Shown one piece after another: positions 7,488 through 15,713 of a stretch of 24,000 bases of DNA. Every line of letters begins with the position of its first letter. The first letter of the stretch is position 1. This stretch comes from Actinosynnema sp. NPDC020468. Its GTDB lineage: Bacteria; Actinomycetota; Actinomycetes; Mycobacteriales; Pseudonocardiaceae. The notes under the pieces were generated by a model. It saw only the letters and a list, made by a program, of their open reading frames with translations. It was not told the DNA's origin and ran no database searches. The position numbers were made by a program, and so were the translations under genes. The stretch lies in NCBI RefSeq assembly GCF_040642015.1, contig NZ_JBFAEO010000016.1, positions 78,729-102,728 of the forward strand, read 5' to 3'.

Positions 7488-8801
7488 TTGACCGACCGCG
7501 GCGATCGCATCGTGGCAGTTCTCCAGGACGCGTTCGCGGACCTGATGTCCGCCGACCCTGCCGCGTTCCGGCACAAGTTCCGCAAGATGGCCGCCGAGCC
7601 GTTCGCGTTCTACCGCGGCAGCGCGTGCCTGTTCTACGCGGACATGGCCGAGGAGCCCGACGAGTGGGCCGACGCGCGCACCAGCCGGGTGTGGATCCAG
7701 GGCGACCTGCACGCGGAGAACTTCGGGACCTACATGGACTCCGAGGGCACACTCGTGTTCGACGTCAACGACTTCGACGAGGCCTACCTCGGCGCGTTCA
7801 CCTGGGACGTGCGCCGGTTCGCGGCGAGCATGGCCCTGCTGGGCTGGCGCAAGGCGCTGCCCGACGAGTCGATCGAGCAGCTGATCCGGACTTACGTCGG
7901 CGCGTACGTGGCGCAGGTGCGGTCGTTCGCGCGCAACCCCGGCGACGAGCTGTTCAGCCTCCGCCTGGACAGCACCGAGGGCGTGCTGCACCGGGTGTTG
8001 CAGCAGGCGACGCTGGCGACTCGGATCGGACTGCTGGACGAGACCACGACGATCGTGGACTACGAGCGGGTGTTCCGCCGCGACCGGCCCGGCACCCGGG
8101 AGCTCGGCGCGGACGAGCGGGCGCGCGTCGAGCGGGCGTTCGAGGCGTACCTGGACACCATCCCGTCCGGCAAGCGGGCGGCCAGCTCGCTGTCGTACGC
8201 GGTCAAGGACGTGGTGGGGCGCAGCGGTTTCGGCATCGGCTCGGCCGGGCTGCCCGCGTACAACGTGCTGGTGGAGGGGCGCACCCAGGCGTTGGAGAAC
8301 GACGTGGTGCTGTCCATGAAGCAGGCCAACGTGGCCGCGCCGAGCCGGATCGTCGGCGACGAGCGGATCCGGGCGTACTTCACCGACCACGGGCACCGCA
8401 CCGCCGTGTCGCAGCGCGCGCTCCAGGCGCACGCCGACCCGTGGCTCGGGCACACGCAGATCGACGGTGTCGGGTACGTGGTGGCCGAGCTGTCGCCGTA
8501 CGTGGCGGACCTGGACTGGTCGGACCTGACGGAGCCGGCCGAGATGCTGCCGGTGCTGGAGTACCTGGGCCGGGCCACCGCGAAGATGCACTGCGTGTCC
8601 GACTCGGACTCGGAGCAGGCGCTGGTGGAGTTCCAGAGCGAGGACGCCATCGCGTCCGTCATCGGCGACCGGGACGAGGAGTTCGCGGACAGCGTCGTCG
8701 CGTTCGGCACCCGGTACGCCGAGCAGACCCGCGAGGACCACCGGCTGTTCGTGGACGCGTTCCGCGGCGGCCGGATCAAGGGCGTCGACGCGGTGCGCTG
8801 A
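7488..8801 (+). CDS. DUF2252 domain-containing protein
   Basis: 437 aa from TTG 7488, with GAAAGGAG 6 nt upstream. Family-typical strings are PFAFYRGSA, WIQGDLHAENFG, DVNDFDEA, GSAGL and DWSDL. The 912-aa track ORF is an artefactual N-terminal extension. Confidence 0.85.
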   Translation: MTDRGDRIVAVLQDAFADLMSADPAAFRHKFRKMAAEPFAFYRGSACLFYADMAEEPDEWADARTSRVWIQGDLHAENFGTYMDSEGTLVFDVNDFDEAYLGAFTWDVRRFAASMALLGWRKALPDESIEQLIRTYVGAYVAQVRSFARNPGDELFSLRLDSTEGVLHRVLQQATLATRIGLLDETTTIVDYERVFRRDRPGTRELGADERARVERAFEAYLDTIPSGKRAASSLSYAVKDVVGRSGFGIGSAGLPAYNVLVEGRTQALENDVVLSMKQANVAAPSRIVGDERIRAYFTDHGHRTAVSQRALQAHADPWLGHTQIDGVGYVVAELSPYVADLDWSDLTEPAEMLPVLEYLGRATAKMHCVSDSDSEQALVEFQSEDAIASVIGDRDEEFADSVVAFGTRYAEQTREDHRLFVDAFRGGRIKGVDAVR

Positions 8802-9131
8802 TCGTTTCGAGACCGGCTGTCGTACCCCGGTGCGACCGCGGCGGCAGCCGGTCTCGGGACTCCGCTGCGACTTCCGGGACCCGCCGAGGACATGCCGCTG
8901 TTCGTCGACGCGCCGGCGACCGGTCGGCGCGGGTTCCACGCCGACGCGGCGCGGATGGTGCCGCGGCTGCCGGCGAGCGCCCGGCTGACGCGGCTGGAGC
9001 GGTTGCGGCTCCGGGGTTCCGGCGGACCTGGCCACGATGCCGCTGACCCGGTTGGCCTCGTAGGTGCTGTCGCTGTCCCCGGACGAGCGGGCGGCCGGCG
9101 GGGACCTGGGGTCGGGTCGCGGCGGTGCCGG

Positions 9132-9509
9132 ATGGCGTTCGCCCTGGCGTGCCACCTCCTGTTCGAGGAGCCGGCCGGGTCGCACCGTCCACTGTGGACC
9201 TCCGGCCGGGCGGACGCGCGGCTCGTCTTCCCCCACGGCGTGCGGCTGGTACCGCTGGTGCGGGACGAGCCGATCACCGCGCTGCACCTGGACAAGCGGG
9301 TCTACGACGGCGAGGTCGGCCTGGTCGAGCTCGGCCCGCGCGACCGGTACACCTCCTGCATCCCGCACGGGTTCGTGGCCACGTGGACCGAGGACGGCAC
9401 GCCCGCCGCGTCCTCCGGCACCTCGCTGACCGCCACCGACGCGCCGCCCGCCCGGGTCCCGGTGCGGGTGCACCGCAGGCCGGCCCGCCGCGCGGGTCAG
9501 GTCGTGTAG
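9132..9509 (+). CDS. Hypothetical small protein (start uncertain: ATG 9132, GTG 9240, or track start 8892)
   Basis: GC3 is consistently high from about 9132 to the stop. I recognised no motif. The palindrome at 9187..9199 lies inside the 9132 model, and GTG 9240 would place it 41 nt upstream. The 3' end overlaps the convergent KAP gene by 13 nt. Confidence 0.45.
   Translation: MAFALACHLLFEEPAGSHRPLWTSGRADARLVFPHGVRLVPLVRDEPITALHLDKRVYDGEVGLVELGPRDRYTSCIPHGFVATWTEDGTPAASSGTSLTATDAPPARVPVRVHRRPARRAGQVV
9187..9199. promoter_or_regulatory. 13-bp palindrome GTCCACTGTGGAC (copy 3 of 4)
   Basis: Read directly from the sequence. It lies in the 5' region of, or upstream of, the small hypothetical ORF. 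Confidence 0.5.
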
Positions 9510-11923
9510 GTGAACCGCCGCACCCGCGGCCCCCAGGTCCGGAACGCGGCCAGGTCGGGCAGCGTGACGAGCGCGGTGACCTGGCGGAGCCCGTCGTGCA
9601 GGCGCTCGTGGTCGTGCCGCAACCCGGCGTGCACCTCCGCCCAGGTGGTCGCCACGTCCCGGACCAGCACTCCGCCGGGTATCTCGTCCAGCAGCCGGTC
9701 GAGCCGGTCGGGCGCGCCGGTGAGGATGCCCAGCAGCACCACCACGGCCTGGAACGCGCCGGGTTCGTCGGCGGTGCCGAGGAAGTCCGCCGCGCCGCCG
9801 AGGTCCCGGCTCGACCGCAGCATCCGGTAGACGTTGAACAACCTCTTCGCCGCGCGGGGCGTGTCCACGAGCGGACCGAGCGCCTCCAGGAACCGCAACT
9901 CCCGGTCGGTCAACGGGTGCGGCGGCGCGGACGGCTCCACGGGCGGCGACTCCGCCGGCACCGGGAGGCCGATCGTCGGCACCGGCGTGCCCGGCTCGTC
10001 GTCCCGCGACCCCACCTCGTCCCGGACCGGCGACCGGACGTCGGCCATCGACCTGATCACCGCGCCGAGCGCCGTCCCGGTCATCGACGGCAGCGAGAAC
10101 GGGATGTTGACGATCTTCTCCAGGTAGTCCTCCGGCGTGACCCGGCGCGCCGGGTCGGGGCCGCTTCCGTCGAGCACCGCCGCGTAGTGGCTGCGCAACG
10201 ACCGCGCGAGCCAGCGCGGGTCGACGCCGACCACCACGACGAACAGGTCCACCGCCAGCAGCAGGTGCACCGCCTCCAGCACTTCCACCACCTGCCGGGG
10301 CTCGCACCGGTCCAGGTCGTCGACGTAGAGCACGATGCGGTCGATCGGCGGCCCGTCCGGGGTCGGGTGGTCGCGCCGGTGCGCCAGCACCTCCACCAGC
10401 TGCTCGAAGTCCTTGCGCAGCGCGGAGATCACGCCCAGGTCGCGGGTGTAGGCGTCCCGGTGCCCCGCGACGCCCGCGAGCACCTCGGCCAGTTGCGCCC
10501 GCGCCACGGCCTCGTCCGCCTCGGCCGCGCGCAGCCGGGCCACGACGTCAGCCGTCCCTTCGTGCCGGCCCGCGCGGACGTCCTCGGCGAACGACCGGAG
10601 TGCCTCGAGCCCGGCGCGGGCCCGGAGCAGCAGACCGCCGCCCAGCGCGCCGAGGAGCAGGGCCACCGCGCCGCCGAGCCACGTGATCACCGGCGCCACG
10701 ACGCCCGCCGCCGTGGAACCGGCGAGCACGACGGCCGCCGCGACCGCCACCGCCGTCCCGGTCCGGCCGTGGGGCGGCACGGCGCGGAAGTCCTCGAGCT
10801 GCCGGGACAACAGCCGGGCCTGCTCGGCCTCGTCGGTCACGCCGAGCAGCCGCCACACCCGGCGCGACCCGGCGAGCAGGTCCCGCGCGGCGCGCACGTG
10901 CGCGGCCCGCGCCGCGTCCACCTCGGCGGTGAGCCGCGCGACCTCGGCCTCGGTCCGCCGGGTGACGTCGGTCAGCAGGTGCCGCAACCCGCCCGCGCGC
11001 CCGCGTGGCCCGGCGTCGGTGTCGGCGAGCCCCCGGAAGATCGTGTCGGCCAGACTCGCCCAGAGGTTCGTGTCCGCGTAGTGCCACGCGTTGAACCCGA
11101 TCTGCACGATCCGCCCGCAGTACCGCGCGTCGTCCTCGCCGCCCAGCCCGCCGATCCGCGCGCGCAGCATGCCCATGAAGAAGCTCTTGCCCGAACCCCA
11201 CTCGCCGAACACCCCGAGCGACAGCGGCGTCGGCGTCTCGCGCTCGGCGATCACCCCCGCCAGCATCGACACGTAGGGCGCGAGCCCCAGCCGGTCCCGG
11301 TCGACCGGGATCGCCTCGTCGTGGCCCACCAGGTCGGTCGACACCCCGCCCGCCAACTCCACCGGACCCTCGTGGGCACGGGCGCGCCAGCGGCCCGCCA
11401 ACAACTCCAGGGTGTCCGGCGCGCGGTCGAAGACGACGACCTTCCGCAACGAGTACCCCGGCATCCCGGCCACCTCGGCGATCGCGTCGAACACCGCCGA
11501 CGCGACCATCCCCTTCGACGCGCCCAGCTCACCGGAGCCGAGCAGGGGGATGCCGACGCTCGGATTCCCCAGGCCCAGCACCATTTCGAGCGCGTTCCTG
11601 GTGGCGAGCCGGACCGAGCCCGCCGTCACCTCACCGTCGTCCGGACGTGGCCGGACCAGGACGAGCCGGTCGGGGACACCCAGCCCCGCCGGCATCGTGA
11701 CCCCGGTGGGGTTCGGCCAGGACGGCCGGGACCGGCTGAGCGTGTCCGTCAGCACCCCGTACTCCGGGAACCGGGCGATCAACGCGTTGCCCAGGCCGCC
11801 GAGCCGGTCGCCGACCGGCACCAGCAGCACCTCGACGTCCAGGTCCCACGGGGCGGAGGTGGCGGCGGCGTACACCGCGATCCCGTCGAGGTGGCCGAGT
11901 TCCCGGACGGCTGACGGCTCCAC
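9497..11923 (-). CDS. KAP-family P-loop NTPase with N-terminal macro-like domain and intra-NTPase transmembrane insert
   Basis: 808 aa; GTG 11923 has GAGGAG 8 nt upstream. Walker A is GEWGSGKS (aa 240-247), followed by FNAWHYADTNLW. Two hydrophobic helices (aa ~389-433) lie between Walker A and Walker B (IVLYVDDLDRC, aa 530-540). The C-terminal TPRAAKRLFNVYRML is KAP-typical. N-terminal aa ~15-175 follow macro-domain motif order. Confidence 0.85.
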   Translation of the reverse strand: MEPSAVRELGHLDGIAVYAAATSAPWDLDVEVLLVPVGDRLGGLGNALIARFPEYGVLTDTLSRSRPSWPNPTGVTMPAGLGVPDRLVLVRPRPDDGEVTAGSVRLATRNALEMVLGLGNPSVGIPLLGSGELGASKGMVASAVFDAIAEVAGMPGYSLRKVVVFDRAPDTLELLAGRWRARAHEGPVELAGGVSTDLVGHDEAIPVDRDRLGLAPYVSMLAGVIAERETPTPLSLGVFGEWGSGKSFFMGMLRARIGGLGGEDDARYCGRIVQIGFNAWHYADTNLWASLADTIFRGLADTDAGPRGRAGGLRHLLTDVTRRTEAEVARLTAEVDAARAAHVRAARDLLAGSRRVWRLLGVTDEAEQARLLSRQLEDFRAVPPHGRTGTAVAVAAAVVLAGSTAAGVVAPVITWLGGAVALLLGALGGGLLLRARAGLEALRSFAEDVRAGRHEGTADVVARLRAAEADEAVARAQLAEVLAGVAGHRDAYTRDLGVISALRKDFEQLVEVLAHRRDHPTPDGPPIDRIVLYVDDLDRCEPRQVVEVLEAVHLLLAVDLFVVVVGVDPRWLARSLRSHYAAVLDGSGPDPARRVTPEDYLEKIVNIPFSLPSMTGTALGAVIRSMADVRSPVRDEVGSRDDEPGTPVPTIGLPVPAESPPVEPSAPPHPLTDRELRFLEALGPLVDTPRAAKRLFNVYRMLRSSRDLGGAADFLGTADEPGAFQAVVVLLGILTGAPDRLDRLLDEIPGGVLVRDVATTWAEVHAGLRHDHERLHDGLRQVTALVTLPDLAAFRTWGPRVRRFTYTT

Positions 11924-11970
11924 GGGCGCTGCTCCTCGGACGTCGATCGGGTCGCCGGGACCCTAGCGGG

Positions 11971-13008
11971 TCAGGAGCGGACCGGGACGCCGCGGAGGAT
12001 CACCGCCGTCGGGGAGTCGAGGACGGACAGGTCGGTTCGCGGGTCGACGGGGTAGACGACCGCGTCCGCCGGCGCGCCCGGTTCGAGGTTGCCCACGCCG
12101 AGGTACGGGCGGGCGTGCCAGGAGGCCGCGCCCAGGGCCTCGTGCGGGGTCAGGCCGGCGGCGGCCAGCGCGCGCACCTCGTCCGCGATCCGGCCGTGCG
12201 GCCAGGAGTCCGTGCCGGCCAGGATCCGGACGCCCGCCTCGGCCGCCGCCACCACGAGCGGGCCGTGCGCGGTGGCCCCGGAGACGTACCAGTCCTTGCC
12301 CGGGCCGTCGGGACGCCTGCCGACCACGTCCAGGGAGGAGGTGATCGTCGCCAACGTCGGGGTGAGCGCGGTGCCGCGGGCCGCCATGTCGTTCAGCAGC
12401 GCCGGGTCGAGGCACATGCCGTGCTCCACCGAGTCGACGCCCGCCGCGACCGCGTTCGCCCCGCCCCGGCGGTGCTGGGTGTGCACGGCCACCCGGCCGC
12501 CCACCGCGTGCACCGCCTCGACCACCGCGGTCAGCACGTCCACCGGCACGGGCTCGCCGTCGTGCCGCCAGTCGCCGACGATCTTGGCCCAGCCGGTGCG
12601 GCCCGCCTGCCTGGCCGCGGCCGCGGGCAGGTCGGCCGGGCGCGCGGCCCAGTTGTCGAAGAACTGGCCCTGCTGGGCGATCCACGGTCCGGCGTGCCAC
12701 GCGCGCGGCACGTCCGGGTCGACGCCGAACTACGGCGGCGGCTCGCCCGCGATGCCCGGCGCGCGGATCGCGGTCACGCCCGCGTCGACGTGCCGGTGCA
12801 GGTCCTCGCGCAGCAGCCGCTCGTCAAGCGGGTCGCCGGGCTTCGCCGCGCCGGGGTGCGTGTGGGCGTCGACCAGCCCCGGCACGATCCAGCCCTCGGC
12901 CACCGGCGCGACACCGGGCACCGGGTCGGTGGTCCAGCGGTCGCCGTCCGCGTAGAGGTCGACGGCCTCGCCGTCCGGAAGCGCGTACCCCCTGATCCGC
13001 ACAGCCAT
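11971..13008 (-). pseudogene. Amidohydrolase-superfamily metal-dependent hydrolase interrupted by an in-frame TAG (12732..12730)
   Basis: ORFs 12730..13008 and 11971..12711 are in the same frame, separated by only one stop. HxH (VDAHTH) lies upstream of the stop. The Lys (WAKIVGDW), His (VAVHTQH, VEHGM) and Asp (AGTDS) ligands lie downstream. High GC3 persists on both sides. Confidence 0.75.
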
Positions 13009-13140
13009 GATCGGCACCGTACTCGTCGTGCGGGCGCCGGAGCCGGTGGTTACGGTGAAGATGCTCCGGTCGAGCCACCTGCCGAGCAGCCGAACCCCGT
13101 CACGCGGGTCGCTGCCGGCGGCCCGGAATGGAGCGCCCCC

Positions 13141-14019
13141 GTGCACATCGCCCTCGTCGGCAGCCCGTCCACAGCCTTCGCCGACGCCCTCTCCCGGGCC
13201 GGGCACCGGGTCGTGGTGAACCCGGACCGCCTGGTCGCCGACGTGGTGCACCGGCTGCTCGACGTGCCGGTGGACGTGTCGCCGGGCACCCCGCTCGTGC
13301 ACACCTGGCACCCGCGCGAACCCGTGCCGACGGACGCGGACCGGTTCGTGGTGGCCAGTCACGTGGAGGCGGCGGCGCTCGCGCGGATGGGTCTGCCGCG
13401 CCGGCGGATCGGCGTCGTGCCGGAGGCCGTGGACCTCGCGAAGTGGACGCCGGACGGCCCGAAGGCCCGCCGTTCGGCCCGGCCGCGGCTGCTGTTCCAC
13501 GGCGACGCCGACCGGGGTTTCGCGGTGCTGCGCCGACTTCCCGCGGCCGAGATGCTCGTGGTGACCGCTCACCACGACCCCCTGATCGCCCGCGCCGGCC
13601 ACTGGGGCGTGGCCGACCGGGTGCGACCGATCACGTGCGCCGACCCGGCGCTGGTCAGGTCGGTCGACGTGGCGGTGCACGCGCCGACCGGGACGGAACC
13701 GGTGACGCCCGTGCTGGAGGCGATGGCGTGCGGCGTGCCGGTGGTGGCGACCGAGGTGGGCGCGCTGCCGGACACCGTGCTGCACGGCGTGACGGGCGTG
13801 CTGGTCCCGTCGGCGACACCCCGCGCACTGGCCCGCGCGATCCAGGCCCTGCTGACCGACCGCACCCACCGCGCCGCCTACGCGATCGCCGCGGTCGACC
13901 GGGTCGAGCAGCGCCACACCTGGGACCGGGTGGCGGTCGACGCGCTGCGCATCTACCACTCCGCGCTCGAGGACGTGCTGCCCGACGTCGGCCGGGAGCC
14001 CACCGCGACCGGGTCGTAG
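13141..14019 (+). CDS. Glycosyltransferase (GT-B fold, GT4/GT1-like), short form
   Basis: 292 aa starting VHIALVGS. The C-terminal half reads PVLEAMACGVPVVATEVGALPDTVLHGVTGVLVP, the EX7E-type donor-binding region. GGAATGGAG lies 7 nt upstream of GTG 13141. The N-terminal domain is shorter than in typical GT4 enzymes. Confidence 0.8.
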   Translation: MHIALVGSPSTAFADALSRAGHRVVVNPDRLVADVVHRLLDVPVDVSPGTPLVHTWHPREPVPTDADRFVVASHVEAAALARMGLPRRRIGVVPEAVDLAKWTPDGPKARRSARPRLLFHGDADRGFAVLRRLPAAEMLVVTAHHDPLIARAGHWGVADRVRPITCADPALVRSVDVAVHAPTGTEPVTPVLEAMACGVPVVATEVGALPDTVLHGVTGVLVPSATPRALARAIQALLTDRTHRAAYAIAAVDRVEQRHTWDRVAVDALRIYHSALEDVLPDVGREPTATGS

Positions 14020-14242
14020 CCCACGGAACACCACGCCCGGCCGCAAACCCCGAACAGCGCCCCGACAACCGCGCCGATCCCCGCCGCGCACGCACTCTGC
14101 GGGCGGTTCCCGACCACGCCACCCCAGCCGGACCGCACACCCGCGAGCGGTTCAAGACCACGCCAACCCCCGCCACACCGCGGTCATCGCCGCACACACC
14201 CACGGGTGGCTCCCGACCACGCCGAACCACGCCGATCCCCCG
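14020..14242 (+). repeat. C-rich/G-poor (plus strand) intergenic region with 5 copies of ACCACGCC and a degenerate ~103-bp tandem duplication
   Basis: ACCACGCC occurs at 14030, 14113, 14157, 14216 and 14226. GGGCGGTTCCCGACCACGCCA (14101..14121) matches GGGTGGCTCCCGACCACGCCG (14204..14224). CGCCGATCCCC occurs at 14072 and 14230. Confidence 0.6.
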
Positions 14243-15649
14243 TCAGACCGCGATGCCCGGCGCCGGCGACACCCGCTCCGCCGGCGGGTCGTAGGCGCGC
14301 CACGCGGCGGCCAGGCGGCGGACGGCCTCGGACAGCACGTCCGGCGGGAACACGAAGTGCACGCGGAGGTGGTCCGCCGGACCTCCCAGGCTCGCGCCCG
14401 GCAACACCGCGACACCGTGCCGCAGCGCGGTCTGGGCGAACGACGCCGCGTCGCCGTGCGGCAGGCCGATCCACAGCGTCTGGCCACCGGGCACCGGCGG
14501 CGCGTGCCACGTCGGCAGGTGCGCGGCCAGCTCGGCGCGCAGGTGGTCGTGCGCGGCCTCGCGCAGCGCCGCCTGGCGCGCCCGCAGCGGCTCCAGGGTG
14601 GGCAGGAGGTCCGCGGCGACGAGTTGCGCGGGCACGTTGCCGCCCAGGTCGTGCACCGCGCGCAGCCGGGCCAGCCGGGTGATCAACGCCGCCGGCGCGC
14701 GCACCCAGCCGACCCGCAACCCCGCCCACACCACCTTGCTCAGCGAGCCGGTCGTGATCACCCGGTCGCCCTGGTCGACCGGCGGCGGGTCGGCGCCGGG
14801 GAACGCCAGGTCCACCAACGCCTCGTCCTCCACCAGCGGCACCCCGGCCGCCGCCGCCACGTCCGCCAGCCGCCGCCTGCGCAGCGCGGACAGCACCGAC
14901 CCGGTCGGGTTGTGGAACACCGGCACCACGTAGGCCAGCGCGGGCCGGGCCCGGACCGCCGCCTCGAAACCCGCCAACCCCACCGGCAGGCCCACCGGAA
15001 CGGCCGCCTGGTCGCGGAACGCCTCCAGCGCGCCGGAGTACGTCGGCGCCTCCACGACCACCCGGTCACCGGGCCTGAGCAGGGCTCGCGCGAGCAGCGA
15101 CAACGCCTGCTGCCCACCGGTGGTGACCATGACCTGGTCGACGGAGGTCGGCGTGCCGCGTCGGGTGAACCGGTCGGCGACGGCCCGGCGCAACACGGGC
15201 AGCCCGAGCGGGTGGTAGCCGATGTCGCCGCGCAGCGCGGCCAGCGCGGGCCCCACCCGGCCGTAGGCGTCGACCAGTTCGGGCGGCGGCGCGTCGGGCG
15301 CGGCGCACGCCAGCAGGATCACCCCGTCGCGCGGCTCCACCAGGTGCAGGAACGTCGGCGCGTCGGTCGTCGGCCGCGGCTCCTCGACGGCGCGGCCCGC
15401 GACCCGGGTGCCGCTGCCCTGCCGACGCACGACCCGCCCCTCCACCGACAGCTGGTCGTAGGCGGCCACGACGGTGCCCCGCCCGACCGCGAGCGCGGCC
15501 GCCAACGCCCGGTCCGGTGGCAGCAGCACGCCGGCGGGCAGGTCGCCGTCGTCGATCAACGCCCGCAGCCGGGCGGCGAGCAGCACGCGCAGCGGTCCGC
15601 GCCCGGCGGACCACCGGCCGAGCCGCTGGGACAGGTGCAGTGGATCCAT
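14243..15649 (-). CDS. MocR-type regulator: GntR-family wHTH fused to PLP-dependent aminotransferase-like domain
   Basis: 468 aa. The N-terminal GntR HTH is LPPDRALAAALAVGRGTVVAAYDQLSVEGRVVRRQGSGT. The C-terminal fold-type I domain has NPTG and SLSKVVWAGLRVGW (PLP Lys). Confidence 0.9.
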   Translation of the reverse strand: MDPLHLSQRLGRWSAGRGPLRVLLAARLRALIDDGDLPAGVLLPPDRALAAALAVGRGTVVAAYDQLSVEGRVVRRQGSGTRVAGRAVEEPRPTTDAPTFLHLVEPRDGVILLACAAPDAPPPELVDAYGRVGPALAALRGDIGYHPLGLPVLRRAVADRFTRRGTPTSVDQVMVTTGGQQALSLLARALLRPGDRVVVEAPTYSGALEAFRDQAAVPVGLPVGLAGFEAAVRARPALAYVVPVFHNPTGSVLSALRRRRLADVAAAAGVPLVEDEALVDLAFPGADPPPVDQGDRVITTGSLSKVVWAGLRVGWVRAPAALITRLARLRAVHDLGGNVPAQLVAADLLPTLEPLRARQAALREAAHDHLRAELAAHLPTWHAPPVPGGQTLWIGLPHGDAASFAQTALRHGVAVLPGASLGGPADHLRVHFVFPPDVLSEAVRRLAAAWRAYDPPAERVSPAPGIAV

Positions 15650-15652
15650 TGA

Positions 15653-15685
15653 CGGACCAATCTAGCCGCATTGGCTCTCGGTCCG
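15653..15685. promoter_or_regulatory. Imperfect inverted repeat in the 64-bp MocR/RraA divergent intergenic region (candidate MocR operator)
   Basis: CGGACCAAT-ctagccgc-ATTGG-ctctc-GGTCCG. The two start codons (15649 and 15714) are only 64 bp apart, so the promoters and any operator must overlap here. Confidence 0.35.
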
Positions 15686-15713
15686 CCGCGCCGAGCCGGC
15701 CAGGATCACTCGC

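Noticed and set aside
8808-8856. A 12-bp inverted repeat CGAGACCGGCTG / CAGCCGGTCTCG after the DUF2252 stop, considered as a terminator.
   Set aside because: The 25-nt loop is long for an intrinsic terminator and there is no T-tract. It may still form a structure, but support is insufficient for a feature call.
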